Shown here one piece after another: positions 38,978 to 50,696 of a DNA stretch of 64,000 nucleotides. This DNA comes from Lama guanicoe. Its lineage: Eukaryota. Made by a program: the position numbers and the translations under genes. The stretch spans positions 557,687 through 621,686 of the forward strand of contig MU054575.1 in assembly GCA_013239625.1 (NCBI GenBank), in the 5' to 3' direction. The notes under the pieces are model-generated. The model did not search any database, had not been told where the DNA came from, and saw only the letters and a program-made list of their open reading frames with translations. Positions within the stretch are counted from its first letter, which is position 1. Each line of letters opens with the position of its first letter.

Positions 38978-41554
38978 CTTAATGTTTCTACCTTTGAACT
39001 TGCCTTCTGTAAGGGACAATGGCGAGTGTGCAGGGGGCACCTGTGCGGGCTGCCCTTTCCCTGCTCCAAGTCCCCAGCCACCCCGGTACCCCGGCGGGGG
39101 CCTGGGTGCAGGCACGGGAGGGCGGGGCTGGGCGTGCCCTGTCTGTGCGGTTCTGCATCAGCCCCTCGAATATCCGTGCGCCCAGCATGCGATGTTACAC
39201 AGCAAACAAGACACATGCGGCAGGCGGGGAGATCCTGGAAGAAAGGAAAGCGCTCCCACGTTCTGACTGTGCGATGGGCCTGCAAATTCTGTAGCCAGCC
39301 CAGCAGCGGGAACACAGAGCTGCCCCCGCCCTGTGCTGGGGGCCCGGAGGCTCCCCGGCTCCCCAGATGGGCTCCTTGGGCGTGCTTCCCCTCCCTCCCC
39401 ACCCCTCCCTCGGAAGTGGCCAGGAGCGTGGGCTGGAGTGGCTGGAGGCTCCCCCGGCGGCCAGCCTGCAGGAGGGGTGGACGGGAGGCTGACATCCCCG
39501 CAGGTGGGCAGGCGTCTCCACCAGGTCCAGGGCTCCTTGCAGGAATCAGGCTTGTGGTGGGGGAGGGAGGCATTCCGGGGGGACCACCTGGACTTGCTGT
39601 GGCTGGTTGTGAGGGGACACCTGAGCCGTGTGCTCCCTGAGTCCTGAGTCACTGGTCTGTGGGCCTCAGATCACGGAGGACACCCTTCACCAAACCCTCA
39701 ACTCGGGCCCTGTGGGGAGGCAGGGCCTGGGCTCTTAATAGCAGGGTGGCCAGCAGCTTACTGGCCTGGGGAACAGCACGTGCAGGGGGCCCTGAGGCAG
39801 CCCGGACAGACACTGGCTGCGGGGCAGGCAGGGGTGCCGCCTGGAACGTCTGTTCTGTGGGCCGTCTCTGAGCCCCGCACCAGGGCCTGGCCCCCAACTT
39901 TCCCGAGGGCGCACTTGGGTGCACGGAGCTCTTGCCCGGAAGGGTCTAGGACAGCCTGAGCAGCAGAGCAGGCGACGCTGGCCCTGACCATGAGCTGCCC
40001 GAGGCCCAGCCTGGCCCAGTGTGAGCCCCTTTGATCCGGGGGCTGGGGGGCCGAGGCCCAGACTTGCTTGGCTAGGGAGAGGAGAGGGTCACAGCCTGCA
40101 CGAGGTGGGGCTGGGGTCTTGGGGGCAGCACAGGGTCCGAGGGGCCCTGGCTATATCTGTCCCTGAGCTGTTTCCTTCCAGGCCCCCCCCAGCAGGGAGT
40201 CCATCCCAGCTTGCTTGGTGGGGGCGGAAGCTGCTCTGTGACTCCCGGGCAGGCACGTGCCCCTGCTGTTTCTGCATCCCCACCCCCATAAGGCGGGGGC
40301 TCCTAAAGTTGGCAGAGTCAGCGTTTTTTCTGGAAGCTTCCAAGTGCCAGGTGGCTCAGGGAAGGCAAGGATATGCTGACCCAGCTCCTGGGCTGGGGAA
40401 GGCCCCGGTCCAGGCCTGTGCCCCGCAGGCCTGGGCGTGGCAGGCCCCGGCAGGTTTGGGCGGAGGGCTCAGCCCAAGCAGGGAGCTTGCCTATGGTAGG
40501 TGGAGGGGACGCGTCCTGGTGACAGGCAGAACCCATGGAGGGACAGGCTGCCCAGAGGCAGGAGGATTCCCCGGGGACTGGATGACGCGGCAGGAAGCAC
40601 GTGGGTGATGGCCCGCGGCTCTGCTGATAAGCGGTGCCCAGCCTGGCACTGCCCTCCCTGCCTTCCCGGGCCGCTCTGAGGCTGCTCCCCGGCCCCCGGC
40701 CCTGGCCAGCGGCACTCCTACCGCACACCTGTGCAAACATCCGCCCGCCGGCCGGGAAAAGGCCCCTTTGTGCCCGGCTTGGCACCGGTGCCCTGGCCTC
40801 GCCGTCAGCTGCAGCCCCAGCCTCGGCCGCCGCAGGCCTGGCCCAGCCATTGTCCCCGCCAGGCCCGCGCCCCCGCCGCCCTGGGCCCCGCCGGGGCTCT
40901 GGCCCCTATTCATGGTAGCGGCTGCCCCTGCAGCTGTCCAGGCAGGAGTGCCCCAGGCTTGAGTTACGGGCTGTGCTCCTGGCACATCTCAGACAAACAG
41001 AGCTCAAGAAATGCAAGATGGGGCAGCCCAACTGGGGCTTTGAAGCCAGTTTGTACTGCACCCCAGTGGTGGCTTCATTTGCCCACCGAGGGAGAGAGCG
41101 CCAGCCCCCCCGGCCCCACCCCGCCTTGCAGCTCCCACCTGGGTGGTCGAGGGGGTCTGTTAAGTGAGTGGTGCTGCCACGGGGCACTCGGCAGGGGAGG
41201 GGACTGCAGGCCAGGCCACTTGTGATGTCCATGTTGGGTCTGCTCCAGGCTTTGCCAGCACAGCCCTCACTCCACAGCCCTGGGTGGGCATGGCCGGAGC
41301 CAGGCCAGCTTCTCCGAGATGTGTGAGGTAGACCCGTGGATAGGGTGTCAAGGCTGCTGGGATGTGCCATCTGCCGGGTCTCCGCTAGGGAGTGCCGGGG
41401 GGCAGGGGAGCTGCCACACGTGGACACTGTCAGGCAGGGTACAAGTGCCACAGGGGTGACCCCAGCATCTCTGCCCGGCCGGTGTTTGCTGTGTGAATGA
41501 GTGCATGAGCTGAGGAGCCGGGAGGCTCGTGCCGTCCATGGCCCATGGGACAGC

Positions 41555-41935
41555 GGCTCTCAGTATCCTTGCGTGGCCATGACAAAGCCCCTTAGGCCGG
41601 GCGGCTTAAAACAGCAGAGCTGTGTTCTCCCAGATCTGAGGTCTCCCAGAAGTCTGAGATGGAGATGCTACCGGGCTGACTCCCTCCAAAGGTTCCAGGC
41701 GGGTCCCTCCTGCCTCTTCCAGCTCGGGGGCCCCCAGGCACGTCTGGGCTCAGGGCTGCACCTTCTGTTTCTTGTCAGGACACTGGTCAGTGAGTTCAGG
41801 GCCTGCCCACGAGACCCAGGGCCTTCGCATCTCAAGACCTTTAACCCAGTCGCATCGACAAAGACCCTCTTTCCAAACAGGTTCATGTGCTGGGGGTCCA
41901 GGTGGACGTGAATCTGGGGGCATGCTTCAGCCCCG
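41555..41935 (-). mobile_element. MLT1-type solo LTR
   Basis: ggcggcttaaaacagcagag...ccagaagtctgagat...tgcctcttccagct...catctcaagacctttaac...caaagaccctctttccaaacaggt. Confidence 0.8.
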
Positions 41936-43957
41936 GCCAGCAGCTGTTTCCCTGGGACTTCGTGAGACGCGCTCTCCCCTCACTGAGCCCGTTTCCGGGC
42001 CGTCTCGGTTAGGTGCCAGCTCAGCGGCTGAGCGTCCCCTCCAGTCCCCCCGCCCCAGGTGGGGACCCGAGTGTGGCGCCCCATGCCTGGCTGCTGAGGT
42101 GTTTGGGGAGGATTTAAGACTTTCTTCTTTGCCCTTGGAACAGAATGCGTTTGTTTGTGTTAACATTTGAGTGGAGGGAAAAGCGGTTTTTGCAGACACG
42201 GGCTCCTCTGTTTAGCGCCCGGGGGTCTCTCAAGTCAGGAGGCTGCTGGGCGCTGTTCACCCTGCGTCTAAATTTAGCTTTTAGAGTGAAAAGCCTAGAA
42301 GCCGCCCTGCGTTCAGCCACCACTTAAAACAGAGTCTGACCTCTGCTCATTCTCCTTCGCTGCGGGCTCCAGAAGGTTCCGGCTCCCCAGACTGCACTGC
42401 ATCCTGGCAGCGTGAGGCCAAACGGGTCTGGGGGCCAAGTCGGGGCCCGGGTGAGGACAGGGCCTCCCAGGTATTCTCGTGCAAGCCGTGTCGGCACGGC
42501 CAGGTGGGCAGGTCCTGTGCCGGGACCTCATGTGAAGCTGGGGAAACCAAGGTCCTGAGGGCTGGGGGGCGGGGGCCAGGCCCCCAGACCCCAGGTGGCA
42601 GGGCTCTTCCTCTGCCTGGGCTCCGTGTGAGACCTGGGAGTGCAGTGCAGCTGAGAACGGAGTCTCCGTAGGACCTGACCCGGTTCCGTACCTGTGGGCT
42701 GCTGTGTATGGGGTGGGAACATGGGCTCTGGGAGCCCAGTCAGAGAAGGGCCTTGACAACTGGGTTCTGCAGGATGAACAGGAGTCCACAGGGCAGGTCC
42801 ACCTCTCTGTACTTCCTGTCCAGTGACGGACACCTGTGGCACTGTCTTACTCGGACTTGGTGAGCCCAGTGAGGGTGGTGTTCAGGATGATTTCCACTGG
42901 GGTGGAGGTCAGCTCGTGTCATCGAGGGTGAGAACTCTTCCAATTTAGCTCTCCAGAGACAGTGAAAGAGGAAGCAGTGGGGCAACATGGTGGGGGGACC
43001 TGGGCTCCACCCCCGACCAGCTGAGTGGCCCCGGGCGTGTTACACGCCCTCCTGGACTCCTCTGTGTGAGGGATGTAGGCAGGTGCCTACTGGGTGGGGA
43101 GAGGAGATCGCAAGCCTGACTGGGTCAGCCCTCGGCCTCCCGGACCAGAGTCGTCCCCTTTATGGCGTCTCCCTATGGCGACCGGCACTGTGCCCCAGGA
43201 CCACGGCGCCCACCCCTCACTGCCCACAGACAGCCCTGACCACCGGGGCTGCCCTGTTCCTGGAGACGTGGGTGAAGACCCAGAGGAGACACAGATGACG
43301 GGGGACGGCACCAGGGCATGAGGCATCCGTGTTCGCGTGCCGCTGCGCATGGGGCGCCCTGGCTGAGCCATCTCCCAAGTTTGTGTCCAGGGACATCCAG
43401 GTCTGCATCCCCGATCACCTGCTCTCGGGCAAGTCCCCAGCGCAGTGGCGGTAAAGTGGCCCACTCCCGAGCTGCAGGAAGGGCCAACAGCTCTGCGGGG
43501 TGGCCGCCGCCTCCAGGGCCGCAGGGCCGCCGATCACTCGGCAGATAAGGTCTGTGACGGGCTCTGAGGGGCCGAGGCGGGTGCCCTCCTGGCCCCTCCC
43601 AGACAGGTGGGCGCAGCACCAGGCCTGGTCCAGTGGGGCGAGGACGCGGACGCCCGCGCTCCTGTCCGTGGAGGGAGGCGGACTCCCCCTCCTCGGCCGC
43701 CCTGCACCCCTCTGCCCTCCAGATGGGCCCTTCCCCTCTTCCCGCCTGCGTTTGGTTTCCAGTTGTGGAGGTATTTTGTTTTATGGGGGGTTTTTTGATT
43801 AACTTCGGTAATTTAAAATGTTGCGTTAGGTGTTACTTGTCTCGAGGCCTGAGTTTTCTGACACCCTTTACATCCTGCCCCCAAGGCGTGAGGGCCACAC
43901 TCACGTCCCTGCTTGCTCCGTCTCAGAGGTCACCTTGCCCCTGACTCCCTGCATGGC

Positions 43958-44330
43958 CACCATTCTTGAACCTGTCTCGGGAACCCTTACGCTCTTAGCG
44001 GTAACTGAAGGCTCCAGGGAGCTTTTGTTTATGTGGTTTATATCAATACCATATTAGAAAGTGAAACTTAGAAATTTAAAAATAGCTCCACTGTATGTTT
44101 ATACGTAAATGAAGTGATTTTGTGGAAAACAGGATTTTCCAGAAGACACTGGACGCAGTGTCTCGGATGGCCGTTCGCAGCCGCGATCCGCCTTTGCTCC
44201 GCACACCCGGGCCCCTGCGGAGGCAGCTGCAACCCAGGCCTCACACGTGGGGCGCAGGCCCGCTGGGACTGCTGGTGAGGGGCCCCCGTCTGCCTGCTGG
44301 CCGTCGGCCTGGCCCGTGGCCCCGGGGTGG
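43958..44330. mobile_element. Charlie1-like (hAT) DNA transposon fragment
   Basis: gagcttttgtttatgtggtttatatcaataccatattagaaagtgaaacttagaaattt matches the remembered Charlie1 end. Confidence 0.7.
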
Positions 44331-44469
44331 TGTGGTCCCCCCTACAGGTAGCAGGGCTGTGCTCCAGGTGTGCCCAGCCCGTGTGCACGTGCGGTGTGCG
44401 TGTCAGAGGTTGGACCTGGAGAGAGTCAGGCTTGATGTGGGCACCAGACCCCCTTTATGTGACCTCATG

Positions 44470-44570
44470 CTGTGTGTGTGATGTGAACATGTGTGTGCCA
44501 CGTGGCGGCCACTGCACATCCCCGTGTCTGTGCGAGGCTGTCTGTGTGTGTGTGTGCACGCGCGTGCGGG
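44470..44570. repeat. Degenerate (TG)n simple repeat
   Basis: tgtgtgtgtgatgtgaacatgtgtgtg...tgtgtgtgtgtgcacgcgcgtgcg. Confidence 0.7.
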
Positions 44571-46016
44571 CCCGGCAGCAGGTGGCTCTGCGTGTGGGGG
44601 GCGTGTTCCTGGGGGACAGTGGCATTGCAGGGAAAGGCTCCTCGTGGCCATTGCAGGAGATGGCCCCCAGGTCCTGGGGCCACAGACGGGCGTGTGCTGG
44701 GCACCGGGCGGCCTGGGCTCCCTGGTCATGGAGGCTGAAGCGTGTGCCTGGTTTCCCCACAGCGTCGAGCTCGCTGGCGTCCCTCAGGCCCTCACCAGGT
44801 CCTTCCTGCTCCAGACTCAGTCACCTCTGCTTCCTGAAGGCCTCCCACCTCTGCTCTGGTGCTTCTGAGCTGTCGCGTGTACAGCGTGTGTCCGGCCCGG
44901 CTGTGAACACCGGGCTTCTCTGTCCCCTCCCTCCCCACCCCCGTGGCTGGTGGGCTCTCTGCGGGGCTGGAGTGGGCCCTGCCGCAGGACTCGCTGCTTC
45001 TTGTCAGGCCTAGCCTTCCATTGGAATCTGCTAAATGGGCCGCCCCAGGCCCTGCCTCCGTGTCCCTCTCTCCCTGTGCTGGCCTCGTGGACCGGGGGTT
45101 TGCATGGAGGTCCCACACAGGGCTCCCTGAGCTGCCGGGGGCCGTTCTCATGTGGCCTGGAGGAGAGAAGCAGGGCTGGCAAGACCACAGGGTGGCAGGC
45201 GCCAGACTGACCGCCACAGGTGGGGAGCCTGAGGGACACTCTGGGCCATCCTGCCCGCTGCCCTGGTGTGCAGGTTGAGTGCGTGTGCTGGAAGGTGGAG
45301 CTGTGACCCCAGGCACCCTGGGTCCCCTTGCCAGACCCAGAGCCAGCTCCTCAGATCAGAAGCCCCGCAGGCAGCCCCACGGCCTAGACACTGGTGTGGG
45401 CAGGTGTGGGTGGCCTGGCTGGCATGGCCAGGCTGGGCTCCGAGCCCCTGCAGGATGTCCTTGTCATGCTCAGGCTGGAGGCCCAGGGAGCAAACCTCAA
45501 TGCCAGGGGGAGGCAAGCCTGGTGTGGGAGCGGGAGCAGCAGGGATTGGCCCCCACTCCCAGTGCCCCCCTCCGATGGACAGCTCCCCCACGGAGGAGGA
45601 GGAGCGGGCTACATCTGGTGCTCTCAGGGAAGAGGACAAAGGGAACATCCGGTGCCCGGGTGGCGTCAGGAAGTGGTGTGTCATCCCCGGCCGGGCTCCC
45701 TGTCGGGGACGGGTCCCAGTGGGAGCTTCCGGCCTCCTCGGGGCCGGAGCACAGCGACATCGGTGGCCTGGGTGGCAGGCCTGCTCGGGATGGGGCCGCG
45801 GAGGCCACGCATGTCCTCCTGTGGGCCCTGTCCCCCGTCGGTGCCAAGCTCCCGTTGATTTGGGAACCCGGTCCCGCCAGGCTCTGGCACTGACCCTTGA
45901 GCCACACAGCCACTCAGTGCTGGCTCTCCCCTGGCCTCTGCTGGCAGGGCAGCAGGTCTCGGGTGCAGGGGGTCAGGAGCACGGACGCCCGTCCAGGGCT
46001 CGGGCTCCACCGCTGA

Positions 46017-46487
<471 letters not shown>

Positions 46488-46594
46488 TAGGGAGCGGGCG
46501 GGCCCGCACTGAGGCCTGGAGGTGGTGGGGGGGCCCTGAGCCAGGTCCTTTCTGGAAGTCACAGGTCCTGAGCACTGAGACCTTCCAGCTCACT

Positions 46595-46875
46595 CTGTGT
46601 GTGTGGAGGGGTGCGGCAGTTGTGCGGTGCTGGGCGTGGGTGTGCACTGTGGGTTCCGCGTCACGCAGGCTGTGTCCACGTTTGCGTGTGTGTGTGTGTC
46701 GTTTATACATGTACCATGTGGGTACACACTGTGTGCATATCTTACATGTGTGCTCCGTGGGGGTCACGCTAACGTGTTGCATGTGTATGTGTGTCTGCAC
46801 GTGTGTGTGCAGTGTGTCAAGTAGCTCTGGTGTGGTAGGTGTGTGCATGTGGGCGTGTACGTGTGTAAGCGTGTC
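46595..46875. repeat. Long degenerate (TG)n tract in intron 7
   Basis: About 280 bp of interrupted tgtg repeats. Confidence 0.8.
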
Positions 46876-47123
46876 TGCTTTAATCCCCTCCATGGGCAGG
46901 GAGCTCCCTACACGAAGGGCCGGCCCTTTTCCCCGCATGAGCGATCCTGGGTGGCAGCGGTGTCCTGCTCGGGGTGGGGGGAGCTGCATCTGCGGGGCCC
47001 GCAGCACTGGGCAGGCCTGGCTTTCCCGAGCCCGCGACCGGGTGCCCAGACCATCTCCCCGACTCCCACGTCCAGGGGACACGTGTCCATGTGGACGCGA
47101 GCCCTGCTTTCTGCTCCCCCCAG

Positions 47124-47219
47124 GGCATCCTCGGCTCCGGCTTCGCCCTGAAGGTCCAGCAGAAGCAGAGGCAGAAACACTTCAACCGGCAGATCCCGGC
47201 GGCGGCCTCGCTCATCCAG
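47124..47219 (+). CDS. KCNQ1: KCNQ1 exon 8 equivalent (S6 end, helix A)
   Basis: ccccag|GGCATC...ATCCAG|gtgacg; 96 bp; [32 protein letters not shown]. Confidence 0.98.
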
Positions 47220-48617
47220 GTGACGGCTCGGCCCCCGTGGCCTCGTCCATACATCCGGCCTGTGTCCCCCCAGGGAGACACAAGCTGTCTGGTCTGGGAA
47301 CTAGGAGCTGCTTACGGACTCTGAGAGCCGCGACTGCGCCCAGGCGCGCCCGCCCGTCCGTCTAGTGGTGCTGGCAGGTGCACAGGGGCGCGGGGAGCCC
47401 TCCTCCCCCCACTGAGGCTTCTGTGGACCGTCATGTCCTGTGGGCCGGGCTGGGGGCGAGGAGTCGGCCAGGCCAGTCCTGGATTTGGTGTGGTCTGGCC
47501 TCTCCCCTCTCCGTCCTCCTTCTGTGGCTGCGCCGCACTCTGCGTGGGGCCAGTCTGGGAGCGAAGAGTAAGGGGTCCTCGGGGGGCCAAATCCCGGGGT
47601 CAGGGCCCCGCTGGTGCAGTGCAGGTGCCTTCTGGGCCGTTCCAGCTCCCACGAGGCTCGGGGCTCGCAGGCGGCTGAGGACCAGGGTTTCTGGCAGGCC
47701 GGGCAGCTGCCCTTCACGGGCCCAGGGTTCCGAGTGCCGGCCTTGGTGGTGGGGCTGCGTCTGCCCTGATGCCCCGCACTGCCTGGTGGGGAGCCAGGCT
47801 AGTTGACCACCCTCCTCCCCACCAGGCTGATGGACAAGACGGTCCCAGAGGCTCCAGGTTGGGGGGCAGAGGAGGCAGAGACAGAGTGCTGGGGAAAGGA
47901 AGGGTCAGAGGCAGGTGAGGAGGCAGGTGGCCCCAAGCCCTGACACTTGGCTCTGGGACCCCAAGCTTCTGGGACTCACTGGAGAACCGGGCAACCCTTT
48001 TAGTGCAAATGAAGATGTAGGCACGAGATTCATTCGAGAATCATCACTGAGGGTTTGGTCATTGGCCTGGCCAGGAGCAGCGGTGTCATCCTGTGTTGGC
48101 CACGGACGTGGGGCCCTCTGCTCAGCAGAGCAGCTGCCGGGTACAGTGTGGACCCCTCGGGACCCAGGGGTGGTCTGGGGTCCCGCCTGTGGCCGCGGCT
48201 CAGCCAAGGCCTGCAGCCTGTTCCTCGGGCCCTTTTGGGACCCCCGTCTGGGTGGGAAGGAAGTAGAAGTCGGGCCGTAAGGCTGATGGGCTGGGCCCCT
48301 CCCGCTGAGTCTCCTGGGGAGACCAGAGGGCCTCCCGCGGGAGGGGCACGCTGACTCCCCATGGATCTTGTGTGCCGCTCTGGGAATCCGGAGTCGGAAC
48401 CACAGCCTGGCACCAGTGTCCCCAGGAGGCGGAGGCGGGAGAGGACTGGAGCCAGAGCAGGCGGAGGGCGGGCACAGTGAAGGAAGCGGGGAAGCTCCAG
48501 GCCACGTCGCATTTGGGAGCAGGAGACGCGCTGGCCGCTGGGGATGGGGACGGCGGCACGTGGGCTCAGGGGGCCGGGCCTGTGGCCTTTCCCTGACTGT
48601 CCTGGGAAGTGTGTGGC

Positions 48618-48765
48618 CCACATCACAGGTGGTGTCACAGCCCCGGNNNNNNNNNNNNNNNNNNNNNNNNNNNNNNNNNNNNNNNNNNNNNNNNNNNNNN
48701 NNNNNNNNNNNNNNNNNNNNNNNNNNNNNNNNNNNNCCACATCCACGGTGGTGTCACAGCCCCGG
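48618..48765. repeat. Assembly gap (48647-48736, 90 N) flanked by near-identical 29-mers; probable minisatellite
   Basis: ccacatcacaggtggtgtcacagccccgg | N90 | ccacatccacggtggtgtcacagccccgg. Confidence 0.75.
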
Positions 48766-49511
48766 GAACCCTGCTGCCTCACCCACTCCCAGGCTCCCAC
48801 AGCCGGCGGTGCCGAGGCCCTTGGGTTGCGTCCTCATCTGGGCTCAGGGTCTGCCTCCCATCCCACCTCTGCCCACCTGGGCATGGCGCAGCTCCCCTGG
48901 TTCCCCTCCTCCAGGCCACTCCCTGCGTGGGAGCGCCATGGGCATCTCTAGAATGGAGCCTTAAGACCTTCACCCCCACCCGTCTGGAGCTCCCCAAACT
49001 GTGGGTCCCTGGATCCCACACTCGGGCCTCTGGGAGGAGCTCTGCTTCCTGGACATTGAGTCTACCTTCCGCCAACCCCAGGGGCCCGGCGCCCACTGGG
49101 TGGACCCTGGCTGCTGGTTCTGGGCCCACCCCTGCCCTCACTGTGCACGTACTTGCTCTGCACGCCCTGCGGAGAGGCAGGAAACTGGTCACCTTTGCAG
49201 ATCTAGGGCCGGGCGTGGGGCCGGTCCAGGGGGCACTGGCAGGTGGCGGCAGAACCAGGTGGGCTGGGCTTTGCAGGCACAGGCCTCTGTGGTGTCCAAG
49301 CTAGGAGTGACCGTGTGTGAGGCTGCGAGCTGCCCGGCCGAGGAAGGGGCTGAGCCAGGCCGTCCGGGAAGAGGCACAGGCCCTGGGGGGCAGCAGGGAA
49401 AGGGCTGGCAGACAGGATGCCCTGTTGTCCCGCCAGGAAGGGCCCGCAGCACCCTGTGAGGCCCTGTCGGTGGCTCAGCAGGTGACAGCCCCTCCCTTCT
49501 GCTGGTTTCAG

Positions 49512-49634
49512 ACGGCATGGCGGTGCTACGCAGCCGAGAACCCCGACTCCTCCACCTGGAAAATCTACGTCCGGAAGCCATCCCGGAGCCACGCTCTGCT
49601 CTCTCCCAGCCCCAAGCCCAAGAAGTCCGTCATG
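49512..49634 (+). CDS. KCNQ1: KCNQ1 exon 9 equivalent (helix A end, A-B linker)
   Basis: tttcag|ACGGCA...GTCATG|gtaacc; 123 bp; [41 protein letters not shown]. Confidence 0.97.
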
Positions 49635-50551
49635 GTAACCAGCCGCCGCCCGCCGTCCAGCTGGGGCACTTGTTAGCGAGCGGGGGTCCACGGTGGCCAC
49701 AGCTCGCGGCCAGGGTTCGACCCTGGCGCTTCAACCCGGTGCAGCCCACGTCGGGGTATCAGCACCACTCTGGGCACTGGAGCGGCACAGCCCGCACTGG
49801 GCTCCCGCCATCCCAGCGTCCCACGGCTGCGGGCACGTAGGACCGGCTGCACCAAGGCCAGGGCTGTGGGAGGTTGGAGGAGCCCCCGGACCAGGACGGG
49901 CTGGGTTCTGGGAGCTGCTGGGGGAGGCTCTTGAGAGGGCCTCGGCGTTGGGCTTCGTGTGCTGAGCGTGGTGGGCGTCGGGGCACGGACATGGCCTCCT
50001 GGCTCAGGAGAGGGTCTGGGCTGGGTCGTGGAGTGAGGGAGTTCAGGCAGCCTGGGGCGAGGGTCTCAGGAACGGAGGGAGGGCCGGCCCTCTCCCTGGC
50101 TTGCGCCCACACCGTCCTCGGAGAGGTCCTGCTCTCTCAGTTGCTGGCTGCCCCTGCAGCCTTTGCACCTGCAGTTTGACCTCCCGGAACATTCTCCCAG
50201 ATTCCAGCATGACCTGCCAGCCCACTTCCTTTAGGTCACCCCCTCAAAGAAGCCTTGGCTGGCCCTCAGCCTGTGCCCCGCCCTGTGCTCTCACGCCCTG
50301 GCAGGCCACAGCCCCTGTCACCACCTGCTCTGATGTGTTCCTCTGCATTTATCTGTTTCCTAGTTTTCTGTCCACCTGCCCCCCTGGGACCGCTGTCAGT
50401 GTCACACGCTGAGCCCGCCCTGTCTGTGTGTGAGGGGCTGGCCCTGGGTCCCTGGCAGGTGCCCCCAGCCTGCTGGCACAGGTGCTCTGGGCCAGCAGGA
50501 GGCCTGGCGGAGGGTACCCAGGGACTGACCACTTACTGTCTGCTGTTTTAG

Positions 50552-50696
50552 GTAAAGAAAAAAAAGTTCAAACTGGACAAGGACAACGGGGTGAGCCCCG
50601 GAGAAAAGATGCCGGTGGTCCCCCACATCACTTGCGACCTTGCATCGGAGGAGCGGAGGCCTGACCACTTCTCGGTGGACAGCTGTGACAATTCTG
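50552..50696 (+). CDS. KCNQ1: KCNQ1 exon 10 equivalent (A-B linker)
   Basis: ttttag|GTAAAG...AATTCTG|gtgaga; 145 bp; [48 protein letters not shown]; the gene continues beyond the window. Confidence 0.95.

Noticed and set aside
48618-48765. CRISPR-like direct repeats
   Set aside because: Mammalian intron, only two visible copies around a gap, and no cas genes.
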